Shown here piece by piece: positions 1 to 9,280 of a stretch of 64,000 bases of DNA; within the stretch, counting starts at the first letter, position 1, and each line of letters begins with the position of its first letter. The stretch covers positions 23,584 through 87,583 of the IMG/VR virus record IMGVR_UViG_3300042503_001430, one strand, 5' to 3'. Made by a program: the position numbers and the translations under genes. The stretch is from a virus. Below the pieces are notes generated by a model. The model was not told the DNA's origin. It ran no database searches and was given only the letters and a program-made list of their open reading frames with translations.

Positions 1-417
1 ATCGATGGGTTCAAGTCTGAGTTTAAGAGTCTCAGTCCAGAGACGGTTGCGTTTCCTCGTGGGTGTAACGGAATATCTACCTACGCAGATAACAAAACCA
101 TTTTTGGTAAGGGTACTCCAATCCATGTGCGAGGTGCACTTGTCTACAACAAGTTAATCAAAGAAAAGAAGCTTGAGAAAAAATACCCTTGCATCCAAGA
201 AGGTGACAAGATAAAATTCTTGTACTTGAAGACACCGAATCACATTCAGCAAAATGTTATCACGATGTCAGAAAATGGTTTGCCACAAGAGTTGAACCTT
301 CACAAGTACGTAGACTACGAGCTTCAGTTCGAAAAAACTTTCTTGGACCCACTCAAGATTATTCTCGATGCGATAAATTGGTCTACCAAGAAAACGATGA
401 GCTTTGACGATTTATAG
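1..417 (+). CDS. 43: DNA polymerase (T4 gp43-like, family B), C-terminal part, truncated by window start
   Basis: Frame open from nt 1 (IDGFKSEFK...AFPRGCN...GTPIHVRGAL...GDKIKFLYLK...DYELQFEKTFLDPL), typical gp43 C-terminus; followed by uvsX-40-41. Confidence 0.95.
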   Translation: MDGFKSEFKSLSPETVAFPRGCNGISTYADNKTIFGKGTPIHVRGALVYNKLIKEKKLEKKYPCIQEGDKIKFLYLKTPNHIQQNVITMSENGLPQELNLHKYVDYELQFEKTFLDPLKIILDAINWSTKKTMSFDDL

Positions 418-425
418 GAGACAGT

Positions 426-1496
426 ATGGCTAAAAACAACCCGTTCGCTGATGTATTGAAGGTTCTTGAAAATGAATATGCTGCGGTAGCAGACGAAGGC
501 ACATCAGCAGATGTTGTCGGTTTCATCGACACTGGTTCATATGCACTCAACGCTCTCTACTCTGGTAGTATCTACAAAGGTATGCCAGCAAATAAGATCA
601 GTGCTCTTGCAGGTGAAGAAGCAACTGGTAAGACGTTCTTTGCACTTGGTATCATCAAGAACTTTCTCGACACGAATGATAAAGCAGTCGCTATCGTGTT
701 TGAGTCTGAGGGTTCAGTAACAAAAGAAATTCTTCAGTCTCGTGGTGTAGACACGAAGCGTGTACTCATCGTACCTGTAGAGACTATTCAACAGTTCAAG
801 ACACAAGCTCTTCGTGTTGTAGAAAACCATCTCACCACACCAGAAAAAGAACGCAGACCTCTCATGATGTGTCTCGATTCTCTTGGTATGTTATCGACCA
901 CAAAAGAGATGGCAGACTCTGGTACTGGTAAAGAGGTAAAAGACATGACTCGTACCGCAGAAATTCGTGCTGCGTTTCGTGTACTCACACTCAAGCTCAG
1001 TAAAGCTAAGATACCTCTTCTTGTGACGAACCACGTTTATCAGACGATGGGTATGTTTCCGACAAAAGAAATGGGTGGCGGTGGTGGTTTGAAGTATGCG
1101 GCAAACAACATCATCGCACTCTCAAAGTCAAAGAACAAAGACTCTGAGGGTAATGTGACTGGTATCTTCATTCGATGTAAGAATCTCAAGTCACGTTTAA
1201 CCAAAGAGAACACTGAGACGAGCGTGATGCTCTCGTATGATAAGGGTCTCGACAGGTACTACGGACTTACCGACCTCGCAATCGAACATGGTATCTTCAA
1301 AAAGGTATCTACCAAGATTGATGTTGGAGGTGGCAAGCTAGTATTCGAAAAGCAGATCACCAACAACCCAGAGAAGTTCTTCACTGAAGATATTCTCAGA
1401 CAGATTGATGAAGCAGCTCAACGTGAGTTTAGCTATGGTACTGGTGGTATCGAGACTGAAGACGTTGTAGAGGAGATGTTGAATGACGCCCACTAG
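426..1496 (+). CDS. uvsX: RecA-like recombinase UvsX
   Basis: DTGSYALN, Walker A GEEATGKT, LDSLGML, MGGGGGLKYAA; T4-like synteny. Confidence 0.95.
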   Translation: MAKNNPFADVLKVLENEYAAVADEGTSADVVGFIDTGSYALNALYSGSIYKGMPANKISALAGEEATGKTFFALGIIKNFLDTNDKAVAIVFESEGSVTKEILQSRGVDTKRVLIVPVETIQQFKTQALRVVENHLTTPEKERRPLMMCLDSLGMLSTTKEMADSGTGKEVKDMTRTAEIRAAFRVLTLKLSKAKIPLLVTNHVYQTMGMFPTKEMGGGGGLKYAANNIIALSKSKNKDSEGNVTGIFIRCKNLKSRLTKENTETSVMLSYDKGLDRYYGLTDLAIEHGIFKKVSTKIDVGGGKLVFEKQITNNPEKFFTEDILRQIDEAAQREFSYGTGGIETEDVVEEMLNDAH

Positions 1497-1833
1497 AGAT
1501 AAGTACAAGATCGTTTTTGATCCAAAAGATCCTAAGAAATGGGTTGTGCAGTTGACTACTGCATGTGCCCCTTTCAATGGAATTCTGTACAGCTATGGTG
1601 AGTTCTTTGCTAAAGACACAGAGAACGGAATGGAAAATGCAAAGCTGAACTTTCAGACTGACATCATTTACGTACCTGAACATCTTCGTGGAGTTGAATT
1701 TCCTGATCATGTAAGTAAAGAGATGGATAAGTTGCTCGGCGAAATTCTTTTTGATATAATAGAAACTCACACAAACGCAGCTAAAACCGAAGACGGCAAA
1801 TTGTTTCTTGAGATAGTAAAAGATGATAAATGA
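1483..1833 (+). CDS. 40: gp40-like head vertex assembly chaperone
   Basis: Position between uvsX and gp41, ~116 aa, GILYSYG...LGEILFDII pattern. Confidence 0.55.
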   Translation: MTPTRDKYKIVFDPKDPKKWVVQLTTACAPFNGILYSYGEFFAKDTENGMENAKLNFQTDIIYVPEHLRGVEFPDHVSKEMDKLLGEILFDIIETHTNAAKTEDGKLFLEIVKDDK

Positions 1834-3241
1834 TCGTATCGAACTCGTGATTCTGAAGAGTCTCATTTTTAACGAGTCTTATTCACGACGAGTATTACCG
1901 TTCATTAAGCCAGAGTATTTCTCTGACATGGCTGAGAAGCTAGTCTTTGAGAAAGTATCTGAATTCATTCTCAAGTACGATGCTCGACCTAGCAAAGAAG
2001 CTCTTCTCATCGCAGTATCAAAAGATGACAAGATTGGTAGTGAGCTAGAGAGTAATGTCAAAGACATGATTGTGTCGTTTGAGAATTCTCAAATTGAAGA
2101 CAAGTGGTTAATTGAGCAGACTGAAGAGTGGTGTAAAGATCGAGCGATCTACATCGCACTGTTGGGTAGTATCAAGATTGCAGACGACAAGAAGAGTAAG
2201 TTCAGTCGTGGTAACATACCCAAGATGTTGACCGATGCTCTTTCAGTTTCGTTTGATCCGAATGTGGGTCACAGCTACCTTGATGACACTGATGCTCGAT
2301 ATGAATCGTACCATCGTGTTGAAGAGAAGTTTCCGTTTGATTTAGAGTGTATGAATAAGATCACCAAGAATGGTGTTCCTAGAAAAACTCTGAATGTGAT
2401 TCTCGCAGGTACAGCAGTTGGTAAGTCTCTTGCACTCTGTCATATGGCTGCGAGCTACTTCATGTCAGGTAAGAATGTTCTGTACATCACCCTTGAAATG
2501 GCTGAAGAAAGAATTGCAGAGCGTATTGATGCTAATCTCTTGAACATCTCTCTCACTGACTTACAGAATATCTCTAAAGATATGTACGACAAGAAGATCG
2601 ATGCTATCAAGAGCAAGACGGTAGGTCGATTGATTGTGAAAGAGTATCCAACAGCGACAGCTACGACGACACATTTTCGTGCACTCTTGAATGAACTTTC
2701 TCTCAAGAAGAATTTTGTACCTGATGTGATCTTTGTTGATTATCTCAACATCGCAGCGTCAGCACGAATCAATAACTCAAACAACATCAACAGCTACACT
2801 TACGTCAAGAGTATCGCAGAAGAGTTTAGAGGTCTTGCGGTTGAGTGTAACGTGCCTATGTGGACTGCAACACAAACCAATCGTGCTGGTTACGTATCGA
2901 GCGACATCGGACTTGAAAACACATCAGAGTCTTTTGGTTTACCTGCTACCGCAGACTTCATGATTGCTCTCTCGACAACAGAAGAGCTTGAACAAATGGG
3001 TCAGATATTGGTGAAGCAGCTCAAGAATCGTTACAATGATGTCAATTCTCTCAAGCGGTTTGTTGTCGGTATCGACCGTTCCAAGATGAAGCTCTTTGAT
3101 CTTGATGACTCTGCACAACAAGAGTTGGTGAACACCGATTTGAAGACTGATGATTCTCCAGTTTTCGATAAGGGTAAGTTTGGAAACGGTATGAAGTCTG
3201 AGAAGCGAGACAAAAGTGGATTCGACGACTTTCAGTTCTAG
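1823..3241 (+). CDS. 41: Replicative DnaB-like helicase gp41
   Basis: AGTAVGKS Walker A, YITLEMAEE, FVDYLN, TATQTNR, SESFGLPATAD, QLKNRY. Confidence 0.97.
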   Translation: MINDRIELVILKSLIFNESYSRRVLPFIKPEYFSDMAEKLVFEKVSEFILKYDARPSKEALLIAVSKDDKIGSELESNVKDMIVSFENSQIEDKWLIEQTEEWCKDRAIYIALLGSIKIADDKKSKFSRGNIPKMLTDALSVSFDPNVGHSYLDDTDARYESYHRVEEKFPFDLECMNKITKNGVPRKTLNVILAGTAVGKSLALCHMAASYFMSGKNVLYITLEMAEERIAERIDANLLNISLTDLQNISKDMYDKKIDAIKSKTVGRLIVKEYPTATATTTHFRALLNELSLKKNFVPDVIFVDYLNIAASARINNSNNINSYTYVKSIAEEFRGLAVECNVPMWTATQTNRAGYVSSDIGLENTSESFGLPATADFMIALSTTEELEQMGQILVKQLKNRYNDVNSLKRFVVGIDRSKMKLFDLDDSAQQELVNTDLKTDDSPVFDKGKFGNGMKSEKRDKSGFDDFQF

Positions 3242-3250
3242 GTAGTGGTT

Positions 3251-3346
3251 ATGAGTGACAATAACATTGGCCGAGATGAAAAACTTGTTCTGGGTTTAGT
3301 AGCATTAGCGTTAGCTCTCTTAGCTCATTTAATGGCAACCAGTTAG
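3251..3346 (+). CDS. Possible 31-aa single-TM peptide (not in ORF track)
   Basis: MSDNNIGRDEKLVLGLVALALALLAHLMATS* fills the gap after gp41. Confidence 0.35.
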   Translation: MSDNNIGRDEKLVLGLVALALALLAHLMATS

Positions 3347-3348
3347 AC

Positions 3349-3355
3349 ATAAATA
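3349..3355 (+). promoter_or_regulatory. T4-type late promoter (ATAAATA)
   Basis: Matches TATAAATA core upstream of the CTS-protein cluster. Same motif at 7479, 8201, 10929, 13010, 28547, 31993, 33214, 50932, 54119, 57089, 59472 and on the - strand at 42687-42693 and 58996-59002. Confidence 0.75.
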
Positions 3356-3381
3356 CTTGGTTGTCTGAGATAATACGACCA

Positions 3382-4596
3382 ATGAAAACATTTAGACAGT
3401 ACCTTACAGAAGCATCTGACAAGAACACACACCTCGAACATCTTGAAGATGAAATTTTCAATGGTGGTGTTGCGGGTACAAAACGTGCTCTCAACTTCTT
3501 GCGTGGTCTTCGAAATATGTTGTCTGGCTCATCGAAATCGTCAGTCAACGTAACTGTCAAATGGGACGGTGCACCAGCGATTGTTTGTGGAACAAATCCA
3601 GAAAACGGCAAATTCTTTGTTGCAACGAAGAGTGCGTTCAACAAAAACCCCAAACTCAACTACACCCATGCTGACATAGACAAGAACCATTCTGGTGGTC
3701 TTGCAGATACTTTGAAGATTGCTCTCGACAACCTCTCGCAGTTGGGCATACAGGGTATCATACAGGGTGACTTACTATTCACCAAAGGTGCACTAGACAA
3801 TATCAACTACGATGGTGAAAAACTCGTCACATTCAAACCTAATGCTATTACGTATGCGGTACCAGCAGACTCAGACTTAGCACGTCACATTCTTGGCGCC
3901 AACATGGGTATCGTATTTCACACAACCTACGTCGGCGCCACAATTCAAGGTCTGAAAGCAAAGTTTGGTGCTGATATTTCGGGTCTTCGTCACACATCTC
4001 GTGTATGGGTCACTGATGCAAATTTTAGAGACACCTCTGGTGCAGCAACTCTCACCAAAGATGAGTCGGATATGGTGACAGCAATTCTGAGTGAAATTAA
4101 AGTGCTGCTTAGTCAAATGGACTCTCAGAGTGTTTCTGCGATTGTTTCTGATCCACAGATTGTGGGTTATGTTAAAGCATACATCAACTCTAAGGTGAAG
4201 GTTGGTGAGGGCATTTCAGGTACCAAAAAATATGCTACTGGTCTCGTTACTTTCATAAAAGGTAAGTTTCAATCTGAGATTGATGCTTTGAAGACAGACC
4301 GTGGCAAAGAAGGTAAAACTCAAAAGTTGAAGAACACCATTCAATTCATCAACACACATAAAGAGCAGTTTATTATCATGTTCATGATTGCTGCACTCAT
4401 GACAAGTGTGAAGGGATTGTTGTTGTCTAAACTCAAGAAGGTCAGCTCGATTGGCACGTTCTTAGAAACATCAGATGGGTTCAAAGTGACTTCACCTGAA
4501 GGTTTCGTTGCAGTAGATCATATTGGTAACGCAGTAAAACTCGTAGATCGTCTCGAATTCAGTCGAGCGAACTTCACTATGGAAAAGGGTTGGTAG
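3382..4596 (+). CDS. CTS-bearing protein with ATP-dependent ligase/nucleotidyltransferase motifs (DUF6267-like)
   Basis: Likely start MKTFRQYLTEA; motif I KWDG, III IIQGDLL, IV EGFVA, V AVKLV. Confidence 0.7.
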   Translation: MKTFRQYLTEASDKNTHLEHLEDEIFNGGVAGTKRALNFLRGLRNMLSGSSKSSVNVTVKWDGAPAIVCGTNPENGKFFVATKSAFNKNPKLNYTHADIDKNHSGGLADTLKIALDNLSQLGIQGIIQGDLLFTKGALDNINYDGEKLVTFKPNAITYAVPADSDLARHILGANMGIVFHTTYVGATIQGLKAKFGADISGLRHTSRVWVTDANFRDTSGAATLTKDESDMVTAILSEIKVLLSQMDSQSVSAIVSDPQIVGYVKAYINSKVKVGEGISGTKKYATGLVTFIKGKFQSEIDALKTDRGKEGKTQKLKNTIQFINTHKEQFIIMFMIAALMTSVKGLLLSKLKKVSSIGTFLETSDGFKVTSPEGFVAVDHIGNAVKLVDRLEFSRANFTMEKGW

Positions 4597-4598
4597 TC

Positions 4599-5489
4599 AT
4601 GAAATCGTTTAAGCAATTCTTAACAGAGTCATTCAGTCAAGATCACATCAACAAGCTCAAAGCTGAGTATGGTACATTACAAAAAATGGACCCAACCTCA
4701 CCAGCATACAAGAAGCTCATCGCTCTTCTTGACAACCTACCTCAAGATCACTTGAAGCAACTTGCAGCAGCAGACATCAAGTTCATTTCGCCACTTGCGA
4801 AGAATCGAGTTAAAAAGTCTGTGTCTGAAGAAGAGTCTATCGATGAGCGTTGTTGGGATGGTTACAAGCCAACACCAGGTAAGAAGCCTTACGAGAAAGG
4901 TTCTTGCATGAAAGAAGAAGATGACCTTCAAGAAGAAGCAGAACATGATGGTAAGAAAGTCACATTGAACAAACCATTCAGAACACCAGACGGACCAAAG
5001 AAGTTTGCGGTGTATGTAAAGAACGATAAAGGTAATGTTGTTAAGGTGACGTTTGGTGATCCTAACATGGAGATCAAACGAGACAGTGATGACAGAAGAG
5101 CTAACTTTAGAGCACGACACAACTGTGATGATCCAGGTCCGAAGTGGAAAGCACGATACTGGTCGTGCAAGATGTGGTCGAATAAGCCGGTATCAAAAAT
5201 TGCAGAAGAGACTGTTGATGCATCTCAAGCGGCGAAGCTCTTCTCTAAGTTTCTCAGAAGTACTGGTGCGCCAGACAAGGTTGCTAAGTTCACATCAACC
5301 AAGAAGAATGTCTTCAAAGGTCAATCAGCAAAGTTTGACTACTACGTAGACATGGAAAAGAGAACCGTAGCATCTCGACAGAGAAACAGTTTCAATGACA
5401 CCATCTATGTGTGGGATGACAAGACACAAAGTGTGAAGATCGCAGAAGCTAAGATATACTTGGGTGAACTTTTGTCATCTAAAAAATAG
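4599..5489 (+). CDS. CTS-bearing multi-module hypothetical protein (conserved phage domain KKFAVYVK...VTFGD...RARHNC...YWSC)
   Basis: Start MKSFKQFLTES; internal acidic linkers (IDE, LQEE, IAEE) resembling gp21 cleavage sites. Confidence 0.65.
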   Translation: MKSFKQFLTESFSQDHINKLKAEYGTLQKMDPTSPAYKKLIALLDNLPQDHLKQLAAADIKFISPLAKNRVKKSVSEEESIDERCWDGYKPTPGKKPYEKGSCMKEEDDLQEEAEHDGKKVTLNKPFRTPDGPKKFAVYVKNDKGNVVKVTFGDPNMEIKRDSDDRRANFRARHNCDDPGPKWKARYWSCKMWSNKPVSKIAEETVDASQAAKLFSKFLRSTGAPDKVAKFTSTKKNVFKGQSAKFDYYVDMEKRTVASRQRNSFNDTIYVWDDKTQSVKIAEAKIYLGELLSSKK

Positions 5490-5492
5490 TAT

Positions 5493-6476
5493 ATGAAGTC
5501 ATTTGAGCAGTACATTTCAGAAGCTAATCCTGTCGTCGATCAAAAAGCACGATCATTAGCTGCACGTGTGTACAACAGAATGATTTCTCGTCTGAGAGAG
5601 TGTTTAGCTAAAGGTACTATTGGCACATCGTTTGTTTTCTATACCGCAAACGACAATGTTGGGTTCAATCTTGGCAGACTATTGCGAGAGCCCGACTACT
5701 TCGATATTACAATTTGGTTTGGACCAATGACAAACAAGTTTGGTGGCTACTTCAGTCAGCGTGATGACATGGACATCATCCATTTAGCAAAGTTGTTTCC
5801 TACATCAGCCAAAAAGATCAAACCAAATCAAGATATGAAGAACTGCGAGATTATTCTCGATGCTGTAGATAAACTACAGCATGATGTCAGAGATGTTTTT
5901 GTACATGAGTTCATTCACCACCTTGATGATACAAGATACAAATCCAATTCGTATAGAGTTAAAGGTACTCTGGACCTCTCTGGTGGTACATACTACAATG
6001 AACCAAAAGAACTTAACGCTCACACACAAGAGATGATTGCAAACATGGACTTGTGGTTCAAAGATTACTACGTCTCTACAGTCAATGCTCTCAAGAGTCG
6101 CATGGTTGTTGAGTTCAATCAAGCGAAAGATGAAGAGGGGTATGAGAATGCTCTGTTTATTGCAGGTAAAATTGTTCGTCACTATGCGCTGATTGTTGAA
6201 TACCTCGACGACACTCGAAAGGGTATGGAGTCAATCATCGAAAAAATTCCTGGCTCAAAGAGAGACTTCATGAAGCATTTGACGAGTGAGAATAGAAAGA
6301 AAGTGCTCGCTCGATTGTATCAGTACTACACAGAAACCCTCAATAAACGATTTAAGGTGCTCAAAGAATCGCTACTCTCGGTTGTGAAGAGACTCAACAA
6401 CAAGAATGCAATAGCGTACATTCAGAAAGAGGTTCCAGATACGTATAAATCTCTTGTGCAAATGGGGTTGAAATGA
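5493..6476 (+). CDS. CTS-bearing putative Zn metallopeptidase-fold protein
   Basis: MKSFEQYISEA; HEFIH (HEXXH) plus downstream YYNEPKELNA Glu motif. Confidence 0.6.
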   Translation: MKSFEQYISEANPVVDQKARSLAARVYNRMISRLRECLAKGTIGTSFVFYTANDNVGFNLGRLLREPDYFDITIWFGPMTNKFGGYFSQRDDMDIIHLAKLFPTSAKKIKPNQDMKNCEIILDAVDKLQHDVRDVFVHEFIHHLDDTRYKSNSYRVKGTLDLSGGTYYNEPKELNAHTQEMIANMDLWFKDYYVSTVNALKSRMVVEFNQAKDEEGYENALFIAGKIVRHYALIVEYLDDTRKGMESIIEKIPGSKRDFMKHLTSENRKKVLARLYQYYTETLNKRFKVLKESLLSVVKRLNNKNAIAYIQKEVPDTYKSLVQMGLK

Positions 6477-7486
6477 AAACGCTATCTGAAGTGGTGAAGA
6501 AAAAGAGTGCTGTGTTTGCGTTTGGTAGAATGAATCCACCAACATCTGGTCATGAGAAATTGATCAAGAAAGTTCTCGAAGTTGCAAAGAAGAATAATGC
6601 AACCCCGTTCATTTTCGTATCACACACACAAGACCCAAAAAAGAATCCACTCACCAGTAAGCAAAAGATTAAGTATCTGTCTTTGGGCATGCCTGATGTT
6701 GAGAAGTATCTTGTGTATGACCCTTCGGTAAAAACGCCGTTTGATGCTCTTGGGTACATTCAGAACAAAGGGTTTACTGATGTGATACTTGTAGCTGGTT
6801 CTGATCGTGTCAAAGAGATGAAAGATTCTCTAGCTAAGTACATAAACCACCCCGATCCAGAAAAACGATTTACGTTGAATTCTTTTGATGCTGTCAGTGC
6901 TGGTGACAGAGATCCAGATGCAGATGGTGTTACTGGTATGAGCGCATCAAAAATGAGGGCCGCAGCAGCAAGTAACGATTTCAATCTTTTCAAGAGTGGC
7001 GTTCTTTCGCACCTGAGCGACAGGTTTGCGAAAGCTATGTTCAATGATCTTCGCACAGCCATGCAAATTCACGAGATGGTTGAAGAGGTGAAGACGCTGA
7101 AAAATACGTTGAACATTCCTAGACGTGAGATGCCACAAATCAAGCGAGACCACATTCCTGAGTTTATCAAAGATTTGAAGAAAAGAGGTATCGACATCAG
7201 CAACAGATCAATACCTGTTGACACACTCAAGCCAACACAGAATGAAGTGAACCTCGATAAAGTCAAAGAGAAGTATCAGAAGTTTGTCGATGGTAAAGAG
7301 CCAAAACCATTTATTGTGTCACATGATAATTACATACTAGATGGTCATCACCAACTGTTCGCACTCAAGACACTCGATGGTGATCGTAAGGTTCCATGTT
7401 ACGTGGTTGGTATTAAGATGAAAGACTTGTTGAAGATCGCACATAAGTTTCCTAAGACAACCTATAAAACAATACTCGATAAATAG
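6473..7486 (+). CDS. Class I (HxGH) nucleotidyltransferase (cytidylyltransferase/NMNAT-like) fused to ParB/Srx-like domain
   Basis: FGRMNPPTSGH, VAGSDR, MSASKMR; C-terminal LKPTQ...ILDGHH. Confidence 0.8.
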   Translation: MKTLSEVVKKKSAVFAFGRMNPPTSGHEKLIKKVLEVAKKNNATPFIFVSHTQDPKKNPLTSKQKIKYLSLGMPDVEKYLVYDPSVKTPFDALGYIQNKGFTDVILVAGSDRVKEMKDSLAKYINHPDPEKRFTLNSFDAVSAGDRDPDADGVTGMSASKMRAAAASNDFNLFKSGVLSHLSDRFAKAMFNDLRTAMQIHEMVEEVKTLKNTLNIPRREMPQIKRDHIPEFIKDLKKRGIDISNRSIPVDTLKPTQNEVNLDKVKEKYQKFVDGKEPKPFIVSHDNYILDGHHQLFALKTLDGDRKVPCYVVGIKMKDLLKIAHKFPKTTYKTILDK

Positions 7487-7490
7487 ACAT

Positions 7491-7832
7491 ATGAAGACGT
7501 TCAAGCACTACATCGCTGAAGCTGAGAAGAACAGCACTAAGCCAAAGACAAACACCGACAAAGCTCGTGAGCGACAGACACGAGAAAAAGATGAGTTGAA
7601 GGTGCGCCAAAATCGTGAGATGGAAAAAGCACGTGAGCAAGACTTTCGACAAAAAGAAGCTGAGAAGCGTCAAAAAGAACTTCAAAAGAGAGCAGAGCAA
7701 AATGCTAAGAAACAAGAGTCTACTGACCCTTCGGTAGAAGTTGAATCTGAAGTGGATTTTGTTCCTGAGTATCTTGAAGATGGCACATTGGTCTTGGTGA
7801 AGAGCTATAAATCCTCAACGCCAGGTCAATAA
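7491..7832 (+). CDS. CTS-bearing small charged coiled-coil protein (possible head internal protein)
   Basis: MKTFKHYIAEA; late promoter 7479-7485. Confidence 0.65.
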   Translation: MKTFKHYIAEAEKNSTKPKTNTDKARERQTREKDELKVRQNREMEKAREQDFRQKEAEKRQKELQKRAEQNAKKQESTDPSVEVESEVDFVPEYLEDGTLVLVKSYKSSTPGQ

Positions 7833-7836
7833 TAAA

Positions 7837-7866
7837 TTGACAACATATATGAAATTGATGTAAAAT
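7837..7866 (+). promoter_or_regulatory. Sigma70-like promoter
   Basis: TTGACA-18-TAAAAT. Confidence 0.6.
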
Positions 7867-7891
7867 TGTTTTATTTTTGTGGAGTATCACT

Positions 7892-8194
7892 ATGACAACC
7901 TCAGACCAAACAACTCAAGCTACCGAGACCGCAGAGACAACCGAGACGACAGAAACAACTCCTGAAGTTGCGGTATCTTCTCCAACTCTGACAGCAGAAC
8001 AAGAGATCAATGCTCTTCGAGCTGCACACCAGTTCTTTTCAAATTTTGATCGAGTTCCTGGATTTGCTGCTAACCAGTGGTCGCAAGCTCTCGACACTAT
8101 CGCAGTGGTAGCAAACTCTCTCATCAACAAGACCAACGGCAAGACACCAGACACGACCGACACTAATGCTGCCGACGAGACGGTGACACAATAA
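7892..8194 (+). CDS. Hypothetical protein, Thr/Glu-rich N-terminus
   Basis: GGAG SD then ATG; ORF track. Confidence 0.7.
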   Translation: MTTSDQTTQATETAETTETTETTPEVAVSSPTLTAEQEINALRAAHQFFSNFDRVPGFAANQWSQALDTIAVVANSLINKTNGKTPDTTDTNAADETVTQ

Positions 8195-8216
8195 CTTATG
8201 CTAAATACATGCTTGT

Positions 8217-8402
8217 ATGCCATTTTACGAGTATTCGTGTAAAAATTGTGGAATCATTGAGGTTCGTCAGAGCATTTCTGACGAACCATTAAAGAAGTGT
8301 CCAACCTGCAAAGATAAGGTTGAGCGTCTTATATCTGTTACTGGTCAGCCACAATTCAAAGGAAAAGGCTTTTACCAAACAGACTATAAGAAGGCTAAGT
8401 AA
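8217..8402 (+). CDS. FmdB-family zinc-ribbon protein
   Basis: MPFYEYSCKNCG...CPTC...FKGKGFYQTDY. Confidence 0.85.
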   Translation: MPFYEYSCKNCGIIEVRQSISDEPLKKCPTCKDKVERLISVTGQPQFKGKGFYQTDYKKAK

Positions 8403-9271
8403 TGTGCGTTGTTGCTTGCAAGTATATTGAGAACATCGGATGGGTGCTTGCAAAGAACCGAGACCGCAACTATAAGCCTATCGTTCGCATACGCAAATCA
8501 TTTCGAGAAAATACCGAACGTCTCTATATCTGGGATGAAAAAACCAAGTACACAGAAGGTGTTAATGAATTTGGTGTGGGTATCATCAGCGCAAGCGTTA
8601 CGGTGAAAGAAGATGAAGCTGAGGGTGAAAAAGCTTCTAAGAAGACGCCAGATCTTAACAGAAAACCAAGAACTTTCTACTCTCCAGATGGACTTCGCAT
8701 TCGCACAGCACTCTTCGAGAAAACTGCTGTTGATGCTGCTCGTGTTCTAATCGAACTCGAAATACCAGGTAACACGATTGTTGCAGACAAAGAGCGATGT
8801 TTTCTCATCGAGGGCGGTTTCATTCGAGAGAATGAGTATGTCTACAAGGTTGTGGAAGTACCAAAAGAGAAGATTGCAGTCAGAACGAATCATGGAATCT
8901 TTCTCACCTGGACTGGGTACAGTCGTGAGGTTCCAGATCAAGTAGAGAAGCGAGAGTCATCTGAGGTTCGATATAAGAAAGCTGTAGCTGGTCTGAAGAA
9001 AGCTAAGACCTTCGAAGAGGTTTTGGAAGCGATGTCACTCGTCGATGATGAGAATCCACAAATGAATCCACTTCGACTTGATGATACTCGAAATTCAATG
9101 AGAACAACGGGTCAGATCGTCATAGTTCCAAACGAGCACACTCTTCACTATCGAGCCATATGGTGTGAGACCATATTCGATTTGGATAAACTAAATACAG
9201 AGAATGAAAAGACGTTCTTTGAGATTGTTTCCACAAGAAAACTGATTAGCTTTAAGAACTTTGTAAAATAG
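8402..9271 (+). CDS. Ntn-hydrolase (N-terminal Cys nucleophile; C45/C59-like)
   Basis: MCVV...AKNRDR, EGVNEFGVGI, VRTNHG. Confidence 0.7.
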   Translation: MCVVACKYIENIGWVLAKNRDRNYKPIVRIRKSFRENTERLYIWDEKTKYTEGVNEFGVGIISASVTVKEDEAEGEKASKKTPDLNRKPRTFYSPDGLRIRTALFEKTAVDAARVLIELEIPGNTIVADKERCFLIEGGFIRENEYVYKVVEVPKEKIAVRTNHGIFLTWTGYSREVPDQVEKRESSEVRYKKAVAGLKKAKTFEEVLEAMSLVDDENPQMNPLRLDDTRNSMRTTGQIVIVPNEHTLHYRAIWCETIFDLDKLNTENEKTFFEIVSTRKLISFKNFVK

Positions 9272-9280
9272 GAACCCGTT

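Noticed and set aside
7905-7965. TETAETTETTET tandem repeat
   Set aside because: Short low-complexity coding repeat without a functional signal
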